Under the pieces are notes generated by a model. The model ran no database searches and had not been told where the DNA came from. It worked only from the letters and a program-made list of their open reading frames with translations. A stretch of DNA of 62,408 nt, counting the filler, from Sluysia triapertura (taxonomy: Eukaryota): NCBI GenBank assembly GCA_046118255.1. It is 5 parts of 5 records of this genome, joined end to end, with 100 filler letters (N's around TTAATTAATTAA, not from the genome) between each part and the next. Parts side by side here need not be neighbours in the genome. Positions count along the whole stretch, not along the records: positions 11,747 to 28,136 come from JBJNIA010205260.1; positions 28,237 to 40,235 come from JBJNIA010148831.1; 3 more parts are not named here. One strand, 5' to 3'. The first letter of the stretch is position 1. Each line of letters opens with the position of its first letter. Below are positions 24,624 through 36,769 of this stretch, one piece after another. The translations under genes and the position numbers were made by a program.

Positions 24624-27600
24624 TATTATATTAAGAAATTTTAAATTAAGAAATTTAAATTAAGAAAATCTAAATTAAGAAATTTTTGTCATAATTTAGA
24701 TTGAAAGTATCAACAAAATAATTACAAATTATTATAAATATTATTTTAAATTTTTAAAAATTTTTAAAAACTTTTTCTGAAAAAATTTAAAATTATTTTA
24801 AATTAAATTTAAAATAATATTAGTTTTAAACTTTTTAAAATATTGTTATTGTTATTATTACATTTATTATATATTTTAAATTTATTAATTTAATGAACCT
24901 GTTATGTTTGCTTTTGAAAAACATTAATCTTAAAACTTTATCCAAAATATAAAAGAAATCTTTTTGAAATCAATCATTTATTCAAAATTATATCAAAATA
25001 AAATCATTAAATTAAATAACTTTCATTTAGATTTTTTATATATAAACATTTTTTAAATTTCATTTTTTAATCTTAATTTATCATTCTTAATTTATGTTTT
25101 CTACAACTACTCGATCATAATCAAAATAAATATAAATTTGATTGCTAAATTCTTATAATTTATCTTAAGTGTATATGTTAAATCATCTAAATTATTAATA
25201 AAAACTCAGAATGTGTAGTGTTTATTAAATAAATATTAAATAATTTATTAAAATATAATTAAATATTGTATTTAAATGACCAATTGATAAAACGAATGTA
25301 TCAGCATTTAAAAGTTCTTTTTTTGTTATGAGTAATAAGAAAAAAATATAAATTCAGATAAATATAAATTTCTATCGCTAAAGTCTTTTAACGTTTGTTT
25401 AATTAATTATTCTATATTAAAAAATAAGGAACTCCAGTTTTTCTTGAAGCATCATTTTCTAAATAGTTGATTTAGTAAAAAAATAAAATTATTACTCCTT
25501 TTAATAAATTTTATGAATGGTGAGTCATGCATAATACAAAGTTTTAGCGTTGAACAATATTTAACATTCAAATTATGTATTTTTGTAAAATGTTATAAGA
25601 CATTATGTGAGTTTCATTTGCATTTATTACACGTTTCAGTTTCTTATTACAAATTCTGTTCGGCTTTCTACTTGGCTTGGATACCTAATTTTGATAGATC
25701 ATGTATTGTGAAAGTTTCTTCATAGTTAAGCAATTCGTCTTTCTTCTTCATGCAGCTTAGGGATTGTTTTGATTAGCACAATAAATTGAGTCATATTGGT
25801 ATATCTATAACTGCACATATTGCGTTAAAATAAGTTAGTAATATTATGCATAACTTCTGTAATAAATACTTATTTATTTCTAAAATATTCCTAATATTTA
25901 AAATAATCAATTATTTTCAGATTTCTCAAGTTAAATAAATCCAATTGTCATAACGACAGAAATAAAAATCAACTTTAAGCAATTAAAGTTAAATAAATTT
26001 ATATTTCCTTTCGGAATTTTTTATTTTAGAATTACGAAGTAAATTTCTAGTTATTGTTAAAACTTTAGATTATTTGATAATAATAATAATTATTATTATA
26101 TTATTTATAAATTTGTCATAATATGATTAATATAAACGTCCTTAATAATCATTATAAAATAAAGGTAATGCTAGTTTTTGTTTGGATCAAAAATTTAAAA
26201 TGTTTAAGTAAATGAGTTACTATTAAGTAATGTTTTTAACTAAAGTATCATAATTATAAGAAAAACAAATATATTATTTATTATTATACCTCAGGTATTT
26301 AAATAATTATAAAACAATCTAGGTGAATGATGTTAAATATAAAAAAATCAAATGTTATTATTGGCTATGGCCATAATAATTTCTTTTTCAACTATTCAAA
26401 ATTTAAAATACACATATAAGTACGATAAATATTAAACATTATAATGAAAATTTAAAGATAAAAACTTTACTAAAATGACATTAATATTTATAAAGCTAAA
26501 TAATTTTTAATAATAAATTTAATAAATAAACTTTAGTAATTTAATAATAATAATTTAATAATAATGATGTAATTAAATAATGAATAATAATGATGATATT
26601 AATAATAATAATAATATTATTATTATTAATATTATTTTTTAAATGTATTTTTGTGATTTTATGCACAATTTCTTCTATTTATTTATGTAGCTTGTAATTG
26701 TTTGTGTAATTTAATTATACAAAATGCAATATGAAACCTGATTTTAGTATCTTAAAGTTAGAACTTAACAATATTGAAGAGCGTTTAATTATATTGTTTT
26801 CTTATTTATTATTATCTTAAATTTGATAAAGTTTCATATTGTATATTTATAATTCATTTTTATTTTTATTTTAACATATTTATATTTTTCTTAATATAGC
26901 TTTATTTAATTAATTGTGTTATAACTTTTTGTGAGAATCTAAACTTTATAACAGAAAAGGTTTTCAAGGTTCTATTTAATTAAAGTACCATAGTAAATAT
27001 TATTTTTCTTATTGATTCCACTTAATAAGGAATGGGAGTAAATTTTGAATAATACAGAACCTAAGTAAAGTAAATACAAAATACTGTAATTAAAATCATT
27101 AAAATTCTAAATATTCCAGTTCTGTTTAATTAAAGAACCAAAGTAAAATATTAAATTTAAATATGTTCTCTTTTCTAAGAACCGTAGCAAAAGTTCATTT
27201 GATTTAGAACTTTTGATTCTATTTAATAAGGAATCAGTTTAAAATAAACTGAAGGTTTAAACATTGATTGTTAGGATTATTTAGGAAAAATTTCTGTACG
27301 TCAAAAGATAAGTTGAATTAGTAATTAAGTGCTGATTAAAGAGTTAAGATAATCTATTAGATAGGCCTCAACTAGTTATAAATTGTAAATTATAAAGTCG
27401 AACTCGGTAATTGATGTTAGAATAGTATATGATATTAGAACAATACAATATTGTTTCAGAATGTGAGTTAAAGTGATTGATTCATGAAAATAATTGTTTA
27501 ACAATTCATTCAGAACAATTGAAATTATTAAACAAATCAAAATTACCGGTTTATATACTATTGACTAATTTATCTTCTAGAAAATCATTCTACTCTTAAA

Positions 27601-28069
27601 CAATTCGAATTAGTTTGTTTACAATCAGTGTTTTATATCGATTATTATAGAATTGATTTATTTTTTCGATGTTTGCTTTTAGGGTCACTTAAAACTATGT
27701 TAAAGTTGGACCAGGCCTTAAATTAAAATTAAAATGAATTTAATCATATAAAATTAAAATTTTATCGTAATTTCGATTACAATATTTTAGCTTGTCGCGT
27801 AACCATAATGAACTTCTCATTTTCTATATTCTCTTGGCGTTAATGCTTTAGAAGAGTTTTGGAAGCCAGAAAAGTAGTAGTGGTTGTGCTGTCTTTTTTA
27901 TATAAAACATATTAAACATTTTTAAATATAAGCAGCATTAAATAATATACAAAAACAAAAATAAGTACGTAATCTAATATTCAATAATTTAATGCAAATA
28001 TTAAATTTCAAACGATTATAATGAATAAATTATAAATTTTAACATAAATTGTTGAGATTCTTCATAATA

Positions 28070-28089
28070 TAATAATAATATTATTATTA

Positions 28090-28128
<39 letters not shown>
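28070..28128. repeat. (ATT)n microsatellite at contig end
   Basis: TAA/ATT runs next to the gap. Confidence 0.9.
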
Positions 28129-28130
<2 letters not shown>

Positions 28131-28136
28131 TTTATT

Positions 28137-28236
28137 NNNNNNNNNNNNNNNNNNNNNNNNNNNNNNNNNNNNNNNNNNNNTTAATTAATTAANNNNNNNN
28201 NNNNNNNNNNNNNNNNNNNNNNNNNNNNNNNNNNNN
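28137..28236. other. Assembly gap with six-frame-stop linker
   Basis: N44-TTAATTAATTAA-N44. Confidence 0.98.
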
Positions 28237-28405
28237 TAGGCTAAATTACAAGTTAAATTACAAATTTAATATCATTTCTAAACGAACAAGGCAAAAAGAT
28301 GTTCATCAAATAACATTTTTTCGTGTTATCGATGTGATTTATGTCTTAATTTTATATTATGATAAATACAAACTAAATTATAAATTAAAAATCATTCTTA
28401 AACGA

Positions 28406-29050
28406 ATGACAATTTTAAAGTTCGAAAAATTAAATGAGGCTAAATGTTTCGAAACATTACACCAAACAAACGTATTCTATAAACTAAAATCTGCTGGCAG
28501 AAACGAGTTATCACTCGATATTTTAAATTCTTTGTGTTTTGATGATAAACCTGTATTAATTGATAGTCTACGTTATCTTATTTTTCATACAAAAACAATG
28601 AAAAACGGAAGTTTCGTTATAAATTTAGGTAAACTGAATTTAGGTCACGATAAAATAATATTTGTCGAGTTATTGAAAGAAGAAGAAGACAGTTGTTTAA
28701 ATTTGAAGTTCGATATTAGAAATCTCGACACAAATTATAGATACAATGTAAGTAATGATTATAACGATCCTTCCGGAGTTCTACAAAATGGTTTAACTAT
28801 GGATTGCAACATTTTTTGTCCTTTAATCGTGCATGTATATTTGTTTTATATGTTATTGAAATTAATACACTGTTTTCTCGGTTATTTGTTACTAATGTTT
28901 TTAATTTTGGTTAATGCGGGCATTAAGCCCTGTTTGTTAAAGGTTAAGTTTGTTTTTGATCTCAATTTAATTCTATTCAAAATTTGCAAGAAAAAAAAAT
29001 ATAAATTACTTAACAAACTAAACAGTCTAAAATCACCCACCGCTCTTTAG
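28406..29050 (+). CDS. Intronless hypothetical protein (unknown family)
   Basis: Open frame of about 214 codons from ATG 28406 in very AT-rich DNA. The first ~135 aa look globular; the C-terminal part may be non-coding read-through. Confidence 0.35.
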   Translation: MTILKFEKLNEAKCFETLHQTNVFYKLKSAGRNELSLDILNSLCFDDKPVLIDSLRYLIFHTKTMKNGSFVINLGKLNLGHDKIIFVELLKEEEDSCLNLKFDIRNLDTNYRYNVSNDYNDPSGVLQNGLTMDCNIFCPLIVHVYLFYMLLKLIHCFLGYLLLMFLILVNAGIKPCLLKVKFVFDLNLILFKICKKKKYKLLNKLNSLKSPTAL

Positions 29051-29585
29051 ATGGCAACCTAACAATATTTCTTTTATTATTTCTTATTTAATCTTTTTGC
29101 TATTTCAGTGACTAATTAGAGCTTTTCTATTTTTGTTTTCATTTACTTTAATTTGCAACAAATCTCTCAACAACAATAATTAGTGGTTCCATAAGTAATT
29201 GTAAACACCAAAATTCGTCTTTTTTTATTAAGTCAATCTATTTATTCTTAATTTGCCAACTAATTTTAGCAGTTAAAAGAATAAGTAATAAAAAAATTAT
29301 TATGTAATTAGTAATGTTATTATGTAATTCTAAGTGTAATTTAAGTATGCAAAAAGAAATATTTATTAAAGAGTGTAGAATAAATTGAATATAAAAATTG
29401 CTTTAGAATCATCAATTAATATAAAGAATCATCATTTCTCATTATTATTTATCCCATGATTAAATTTTACGACAAAATTTATTACATCATCATAAATTTA
29501 ACAATTATTCAACAATTAATTAAATGTTTGTTAAATATTAATTAGCTCTGGTCATAAGTCATTTTATTTAAATTGAATAACTCAC

Positions 29586-29790
29586 TTAATTACTAAAGTA
29601 TAAGTACCGGGTGATCGCATTCCATCTCTGATTAAATACGAACCAGAACATTCTTCTAATAATAAATCTTCTGCAAAATCTCTACTGATATTGCCATGAT
29701 ACTCACGTCCATACTGATTAGGTCGATTGGGCAATTCTATTTGGCACAGAATAGGATGTGCTTTTGGTGCTTCTTGTTGCAATTTATATA
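29586..29790 (-). CDS. CHN: Chimaerin (SH2-C1-RhoGAP), exon 2 with SH2 N-terminal half
   Basis: LYKLQQEAPKAHPILCQIELPNRPNQYGREYHGNISRDFAEDLL...GSYLIRDGMRSPGTYTLVI matches the alpha2/beta2-chimaerin LYQLQQEAP..RP..YGREFHG.ISR segment. TTTTCAG acceptor, GTGAGT donor. Confidence 0.92.
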
Positions 29791-29825
29791 CTGAAAAGTA
29801 ATTAGTTTCAAAATAAAACACTAAC

Positions 29826-29859
29826 AATCTGTTCTCCAAACTTCATTTACAAATTCCAT
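29826..29859 (-). CDS. CHN: Chimaerin, first coding exon
   Basis: ATG...MEFVNEVWRTD + T|GTTAG. A 35-nt intron joins it to give VWRTDLYKLQQEAP (family VWKxxLYxLQ). In-frame TGA just upstream of the ATG. Confidence 0.8.
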
Positions 29860-31344
29860 ACTAAATCATTATGCATAAAAATAAAAAAATTGAACAGAAA
29901 TTTTTATACATCCATTTCATTAATTAAAAAAATTAAATCATATGATAAAATTTTTATTAACGATAATAATACTGAAATATTTGATATAAAAATAAAATGC
30001 ATATATTTGTATTTATAGTCAATAACGTATAAGTTCAAGGGTCATTTATGTTGAAAAAAATGGATATTTAAAATAGGTTATGTTAAATATTAAGTTTTAT
30101 TAATTGTAATTTTAATTAAATGTACCAAGAAAAACAATTTCATTTCGTTAATTTATTAGATGGATAAATTATTATTCATGTTTAAATGTGCAAAATTAAA
30201 TTTTGAAAGTTTTTAAAAAGATTATTTAATAATTAGAAAATCATAATTTCAAAAAATGTAAAAAAAATAGATGTTTTATTAGCAAAAATAGGTTATTTCT
30301 AACATTTTCGTAAAAATATGAATGAACAAATAATTAGTTTTGTTTCATATGAAATTCAAATCCGTTCATAACAATTTTGAGTGAAACTATTAAATATAAA
30401 CAATGTAACAGTTTAAAGATTAGAAATTTATAAAAATTTATAAAAACTTAATGATTAAATATATAATTAATTAAGTAAAATTTATATAATAATACTATTT
30501 TTCCATATTAAACATATGAATGGTAAAATAATTAGTTTGAAGTATTATTAAATTTCATTTAATGCATAATTTTTAGAAAACTAACTTTTTAATAATGCAA
30601 AAAAAGATTATGTTTTTAAATTTGATTTCATATTTAACTTTAAAAATAAAACTTAAGAAATAGTATGGTAATCTTTTCCTATTTAAAAAATGAAAATATT
30701 TTTCGTCTAGACAAGTTTTTAAGATATTCATTATTTTCAATATTGATGTTTAATACTTAATTCACATACTTGATAAATTGATACAAAATTATAATTAATA
30801 GATACAATAATTTGGAAATTTCATTAATCCGCTCATCAAATTTTAGTAATAAGCAAAAATATTTTCATAATTTTGATAAGTTTCATGTATTCTGTGTTCT
30901 CTGAGTTTAATTTTAAAAAAGCTATTTGATCGACCTGTTGCGTCTTTGAAAATTATTAATTACGCTAAATCCACATAAATTTAATTAACTTTAATGAAAT
31001 CTCAATAATTTAAGTAGTCACTATATTAAGTATAAATTTTCAGTAATTCTATCACTTTGATAATAATAATTATTCACCCCAAAATTAAGTTTTTGAAAAT
31101 CAAATTAATAACAACAAAATAATTTACTGGTTAAACAAAAATCAAAAATTATTATTATAAATCTCCACTAAACAATACTAAAAATGAGTAAAATAACGAT
31201 ATTAACAATAACGTTTATAATAGTGTTAAGAATATAACAATCTACCTAAAGAAACCAGAGGTGACGCAACACTAAGAAAAATATTAATTATTATTCACGA
31301 TTAGTCCTTAATAATAATCAAATATAAAACAAGAACTATTTTAA

Positions 31345-32362
31345 TAGAATCCCCAAAATAATATTTTTAATTATAAAATAAATTCAAAAATTACTTAAAG
31401 CATGGATCTTCTCATTTTGTATTATTAATTGTTGTTACTGTTGTTTTGTGTTTTGAGGTAAAATTTTTTGGTATTCCTTTTCATTTTTCTTATTATCCAA
31501 TCATTCCCAAATTTTTGATTAAACATTCTTTCACATGAATCACTGCAACATTCTTTGAGAATTAATCCGACAATAATAACTTACATGATACAGACTGTCA
31601 AAATTTATTAGATACAAAACACAAAAAATTTATTTAGGATTATCTCTTATTTTCCTTTAGTCTACTCAGTCTACTTTTACTTAAATTAATTCTCACATTA
31701 ATATAACAATCATTATTATTGTTGTTAACATACATAAAAAATAATAAATTTAATTTTAGTTTTCAGAATTTAATTGATTTTTGGTTTTTCAAACTCAATT
31801 TTCTTATGGAAAATGCTTTAAGGTTCTTATTCTCAAACAAACCGTTCTACGAACATTCCAAACTCACTTCTAGATTCTCCTTTTCCATAGCAATGATACG
31901 TACATAATTTCAAATTCAACACAAGATTCCTCATTCAAAAGTTATTCACAAAAACGTACTTTTTCTTAATTAAGTTAATTAAGATTTTTAATTAATTAAT
32001 TAAATTTTTAGACTCAATCTTATTCTATGTTTAAATGTTTTATTAAGGTTCTAAAGTTATTTAACTAGTTTATAAGGCATTCAGGAGGCTCTAGATGTTT
32101 TCACCTTCACCTCTCTGATTCCTTTTTCTACTTTTTCATGTTAATTATTACAAGGTTGAACTTATCTTTATTATTTTGAACAAAGATTTTATTTCTCAAT
32201 CATTTTAAAGATTTTAAATACTTTATAAGATTACTAAAGGATATCAAATGCTCATTAATGTTCCAAGATACTTAAAGGTTACTAAGGTGTTAAATGATCT
32301 GAAGGTTCTAAAGTTCAAAAGTACCTTAATGCTTCTAAAGGTTTTTCAAGTCCATCTCAAGC
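31345..32362 (-). repeat. Dispersed repeat family B, copy 1 (decayed, coding-like)
   Basis: Collinear with 51595-52622; shared blocks include TACAAAACACAAAAAATT, AGTTTTCAGAATTTAAT, TTTTTCTTAATTAAGTTAATT, TTTCACCTTCACCTCTCT and CATCTCAAGC. Confidence 0.85.
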
Positions 32363-34974
32363 TTCCATAATGTTCGGTTTCTATTTACGCAAACAATTAT
32401 AAAAAGAATTTTAGAAAGCTGGGTCCGCTTACGTTAAACGGTTTATCTTACCTAGAAGGACGTTTACGTAGGATTTAAAGTTATCAAAAGCTGAAGGTCA
32501 GAGAAGCTCTTTATATGTAAGATTGATAGTTATTTTATTCAATAACTATGCTCTTTATTTTTATCAACACTTTAATTAATTTATCCCTTAAAATATATAC
32601 TCACTTTTTTCTTTAAAGATTAATAAAATTTTATAAATTTAATTGTCTTTACACGAAAAAACTTTTATCTATGTAGTGTAATAATTTTATTTAATAACTA
32701 CGTTTTTCAAAATCTCTATACTTTTAATTTATTTCTTACGATACAATTTATTATTCAATTTTTCTTTGCTGATCCTTTTTATTAAATCCTAACTTTCTAT
32801 ATTTTACTCGTGAAAATAAATAAAACAAAATATACAGGAACTTTTATTATTAAATTGTAATTTTTTATAAATGAAATAAAACGTTGTTAAATATAAAAAT
32901 TCAAATAATACAATTTGTAATAATATATGCAAATACGACTCAAAGTATAATAAAAATACGACTTTAAATTTTAATGTCAGATTTTAACCCAGAGGTTACC
33001 TTTGGGTTTCACTAAAAAATATTATAATGATTTTACGTAGGATTTTAAGATCGTACAAACCGGGTCAAAAACTTAGTAACAAAAGCTTACGTAATCTGAT
33101 TAATCTCCGATATAGAAAAAACTGGCTGCCGATTTCTTTGACGTAATAACTACCAATCTGCGAATCACTTATTCCAAAATCGAATATTTTGCTAACAAAC
33201 AGATTTGAGCGTTCCAATAGAACCAAATATTTCGTGTTAGTATCAAAATTGCGTACTCCAATTTAATAATCGAAAACCAATACTCCAATTAAATTTTCCA
33301 AGGTTAATCTCAAAAATTTTCTTTAAATTGTGTGTTACAATGACCAAATTCTAGTTTTTATACTTTAATGAATTTCCTTTTTTATTGAAGTTAAATTCTA
33401 AATAAATAATTACGTGAATATTATATAAAAATCCGTTTAATGTTAAAATTTCCGTTTGATAATATCCGTAACTTAAAATTTTAAATAAATAAATAAATAT
33501 AATCCGTTCGATAATATAAATAAATAAATCAATATATTGATTTCCGTAATTAATTTCCTTTGATTAATAATAATTTTTTGTAAAAATTAAACTTAAAAAT
33601 TTTTTAAACTTAAAACTTTTTATTATTATACTTAAATTAAAAAATTTTTATTTATAGAACTATTTAAAATGAAATACAAAAAATATTTTTCAAATTATTA
33701 TTATTTACAACTTTTTATTATTTACAAATAAAGGATTATTTACAAATTTAATATAAATACTTTGATGTGCCTTAAGCACAGTTTTTGTAATAATGATGCG
33801 GAACTTTATAAACAATAAAAGTTTTCTAAATTAAATAAGAAGTTTTTACTAATAAAACCTAAGTACCCCACACTCACATTAAAATGAAAACACATAAAAC
33901 TTATCAAATAATCTTACTTGAATGCACGGAATAATTTGTCGCAGATTGTCGAAGAAGAGTATTACGATGATTAAATAAAAAAATTGTCAAATGGTGTCTA
34001 AATTTCACCATTTATATATAGTGAAATTTGGGTAGCCATATTTATTTTGTACAATATTACGAAATTGATTCATTTAAACAACTTATTTTTTAATTTAATA
34101 TTTTATTTAAAAATATCGATAAAAATTAAATTATTTTTACTTTTATAAATTCAAATTTTAAAAATTAATAAAATTTTATTTACAATTAATTATTTTATGT
34201 AATAGATTAAATTTTATTTATACAATTATAACTAATATGGATTTTAAAATATAAATTCAACAAATATATCTTAAATATACGAATTCAAAGTTATAAATCA
34301 TTGACTATAAAATTCTAAATCTATAAAAAGTACTTCCAGGGGGGCACAACACAGTAAATGTTGACACCCGTACTAACAATAATAAAATAATAAACTGTAG
34401 ATCACTAACCTTAATAAAATCTCCTATTTTGTACTTTAGTCAATTGCAGAAGAATAAACTCCAATCACACGGTTTTACACAAATGGATTGAGGTAGCGTT
34501 CTTAGGGTTTAATAAGTCTTATAAATATTATCTTCACTTTTCTGTCCAGCCAACTTATTTTTGCATTTTTTACTGCAAAAAACTGACTGTTCATAAAGAA
34601 GTTGGACACTCGTTTAGGAGATTGGAAATTGGACAAGATAGGAATAATTACTTATTAAATCATTATTCTTTTTAGCCGACCAATTTTACTAATTAAATTT
34701 CAACATTAATTTCCGTCTGTTAATTTGAAAAATTATTATCAATTACCGTAGTCAAAATTTGTCTGTATAAAATTTGTTGACAAATTAACACATTTTTTCT
34801 GCTCCTACAGCGCTATTTATAGTTTATTATTTACGACATTATGAGGTCAATGAATTAGTAATACGAACAAACGCATTTTCGTACAAAATCTAGGCTTTTA
34901 AGCCTAGCTGAAATTATTATTATGTACAATTTATAATAATAAAAATAAAATAATAATAATAATATATGTTTTAG

Positions 34975-35343
34975 TTAAACAAACCAATATTAAGCATTCT
35001 GGCAAATTAACTTTAACAACGAAATCATTTACCAATAAAAATCAATCCAAAAACATTGAACCAATGAAATTAGGTGAAAGTAATATAACCGAAATTCGAA
35101 TTAAACAAGCATCAAATTATTTTAATGAACAAACATTGGAAAATGCAACAGTACATCGTAAGAATTGGAATGTGATTGGTCAGTCTTGGTCCAATGGACA
35201 TATATCAGTGGAGCATGTTTGCGAAGGCACAACAAACACAACTTGGTGTGCTCATGGACCAAGTCCGCATCGTGTGTTGAGTCTTAAATTTGTGGGTGAT
35301 TCTAGTTCTGGTGTCTTAGCAACAAGTGGAACAGATGGATTAG
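34975..35343 (+). CDS. WD40 protein (TAF5/TAF5L-like), exon
   Basis: Open from TTAG| to G|GTATG; ends HRVLSLKFVGDSSSGVLATSGTDGL, which splices to VKIW. Confidence 0.75.
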
Positions 35344-35379
35344 GTATGCTTCAGTAAACATTTGATTTTATTTATCTAG

Positions 35380-35627
35380 TAAAAATATGGAACTATGAAT
35401 CAACCAATAATATTATGACTTTGTCACCCAATCAAATTTCATGTTTTTCAAATCAAAATGAGCAACATTATAAATATCCTATATGGGATATTGATGTATC
35501 TCCTGTTAATTCATCTGTGTTGGCAGCAGCCAGTGGGGATTCAAGCATAATTTTATATGATCTTGAACGAGCAAATCAACCACAAGAACCGATTAGAAAA
35601 TTGACTGGTCATCTGGAATCAGTAAAG
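35380..35627 (+). CDS. WD40 protein (TAF5/TAF5L-like), exon
   Basis: After a 36-nt intron: VKIWNYE...YPIWDIDVSP..LAAASGDSSIILYDLER...PIRKLTGHLESVK, resembling TAF5L YPVWDLDISP..ASGSHD..DRTYPLRIYAGHL. Confidence 0.8.
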
Positions 35628-35699
35628 GTAATATTATTTTTTAATTTTTTAGATTATGTAGCAACGTTTCAAGAAATTTTTGAAATTTTTTATATTTAA

Positions 35700-36360
35700 C
35701 CCATTCGCTGCCGTCAATCCTAAATTGTATGAAGTTATTCGCATTGCCATTTCTGTTTTGAGTGTTATTATTTATCTAAGATGTAATATTTCAAGATAAA
35801 TATACACATATTTTGTCATAAATAATAATCATTTACATGTATAAAAATCAAACACGAGTATACTCGTGGTTGGCAGTGGAAATGTAATAGAACTCTATAT
35901 GTCCTTTTTCTTATTTGCACACGTTTAAGCAAAGAAACAAATCATGAATCACACAAATAGATGAAAGTATAAAAGCACTAAAAAACAGGACACAATTTTC
36001 AGTAAATTTACAAAGACTGATAATTCACTGTTGGCGATTACTTAGATTCTATTTCGACTCAGAGATACTGGATAATGTAATATTGAACAATTTGACTCTG
36101 AGTTTATCTCCAACATCTTTCATCAGTTTCATAGATCAGAAGTACCTATCAATGAATTATTAGCTGGGGGAAATAAGCATAACAAATTCATAAATAAAGT
36201 AGAATTTTTGTAAAAACAATTTATTTGTAGCCCTTTTTTCAAGTTGGTACACTTGTATATTTATGTTTGTGGCCATAAAAGGTTTGCAAGCTCCATAAGT
36301 TGTACGTTATAATATATATTGAAAGTATCACGAGTATATTCGTGGTTGGCAGCGAATGGG
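35700..36360. mobile_element. piggyBac-type non-autonomous element
   Basis: TTAA-CCCATTCGCTGCC...GGCAGCGAATGGG-TTAA: perfect 13-bp TIR and TTAA duplication, with subterminal palindrome CACGAGTATA(C/T)TCGTG. Confidence 0.9.
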
Positions 36361-36769
36361 TTAACGTGTGAGTTAACTAGGTGTGGATAAAAATTACCTG
36401 AAAAATCATGTGATTTCTATATTTTATCTTTAATCAATCAAAAAATGTAATTTATAATTTAAAATGTGTCAAAAATGTGAACTTACTACTTACAAATTAT
36501 ATTACTTATTATTTCTCTTGAAGTCAACACTCGACTAATTATGTTTTCTCTTATTTCATTGAGCAATACTATCAAACTCGAGCTGCATGTACTAAGACTG
36601 TGATGAGCATCTCGTGGTTCGCAAACTACAAGTGGCTTGTTTCATATTTCTTTTTCGAGAAATTTTAAATAATTATTTTAATTGATTATTATGTAAAGTT
36701 AATTTTCAAAATTTGAATTTCTCGACAGAATTAAATCTCTAAAAGTACGAAATATTATGAAAATATATA

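Noticed and set aside
25921-27724. Candidate final ANKAR exons (DFSS* at 25921; GSLKTMLKLDQALN* near 27682)
   Set aside because: Both are phase-compatible but cannot be distinguished from chance without transcripts.
31585-31594. 10-nt minus-strand exon candidate for chimaerin
   Set aside because: Lies inside repeat B and does not give the conserved W-x-x-x-LY; exon 29826-29859 does.
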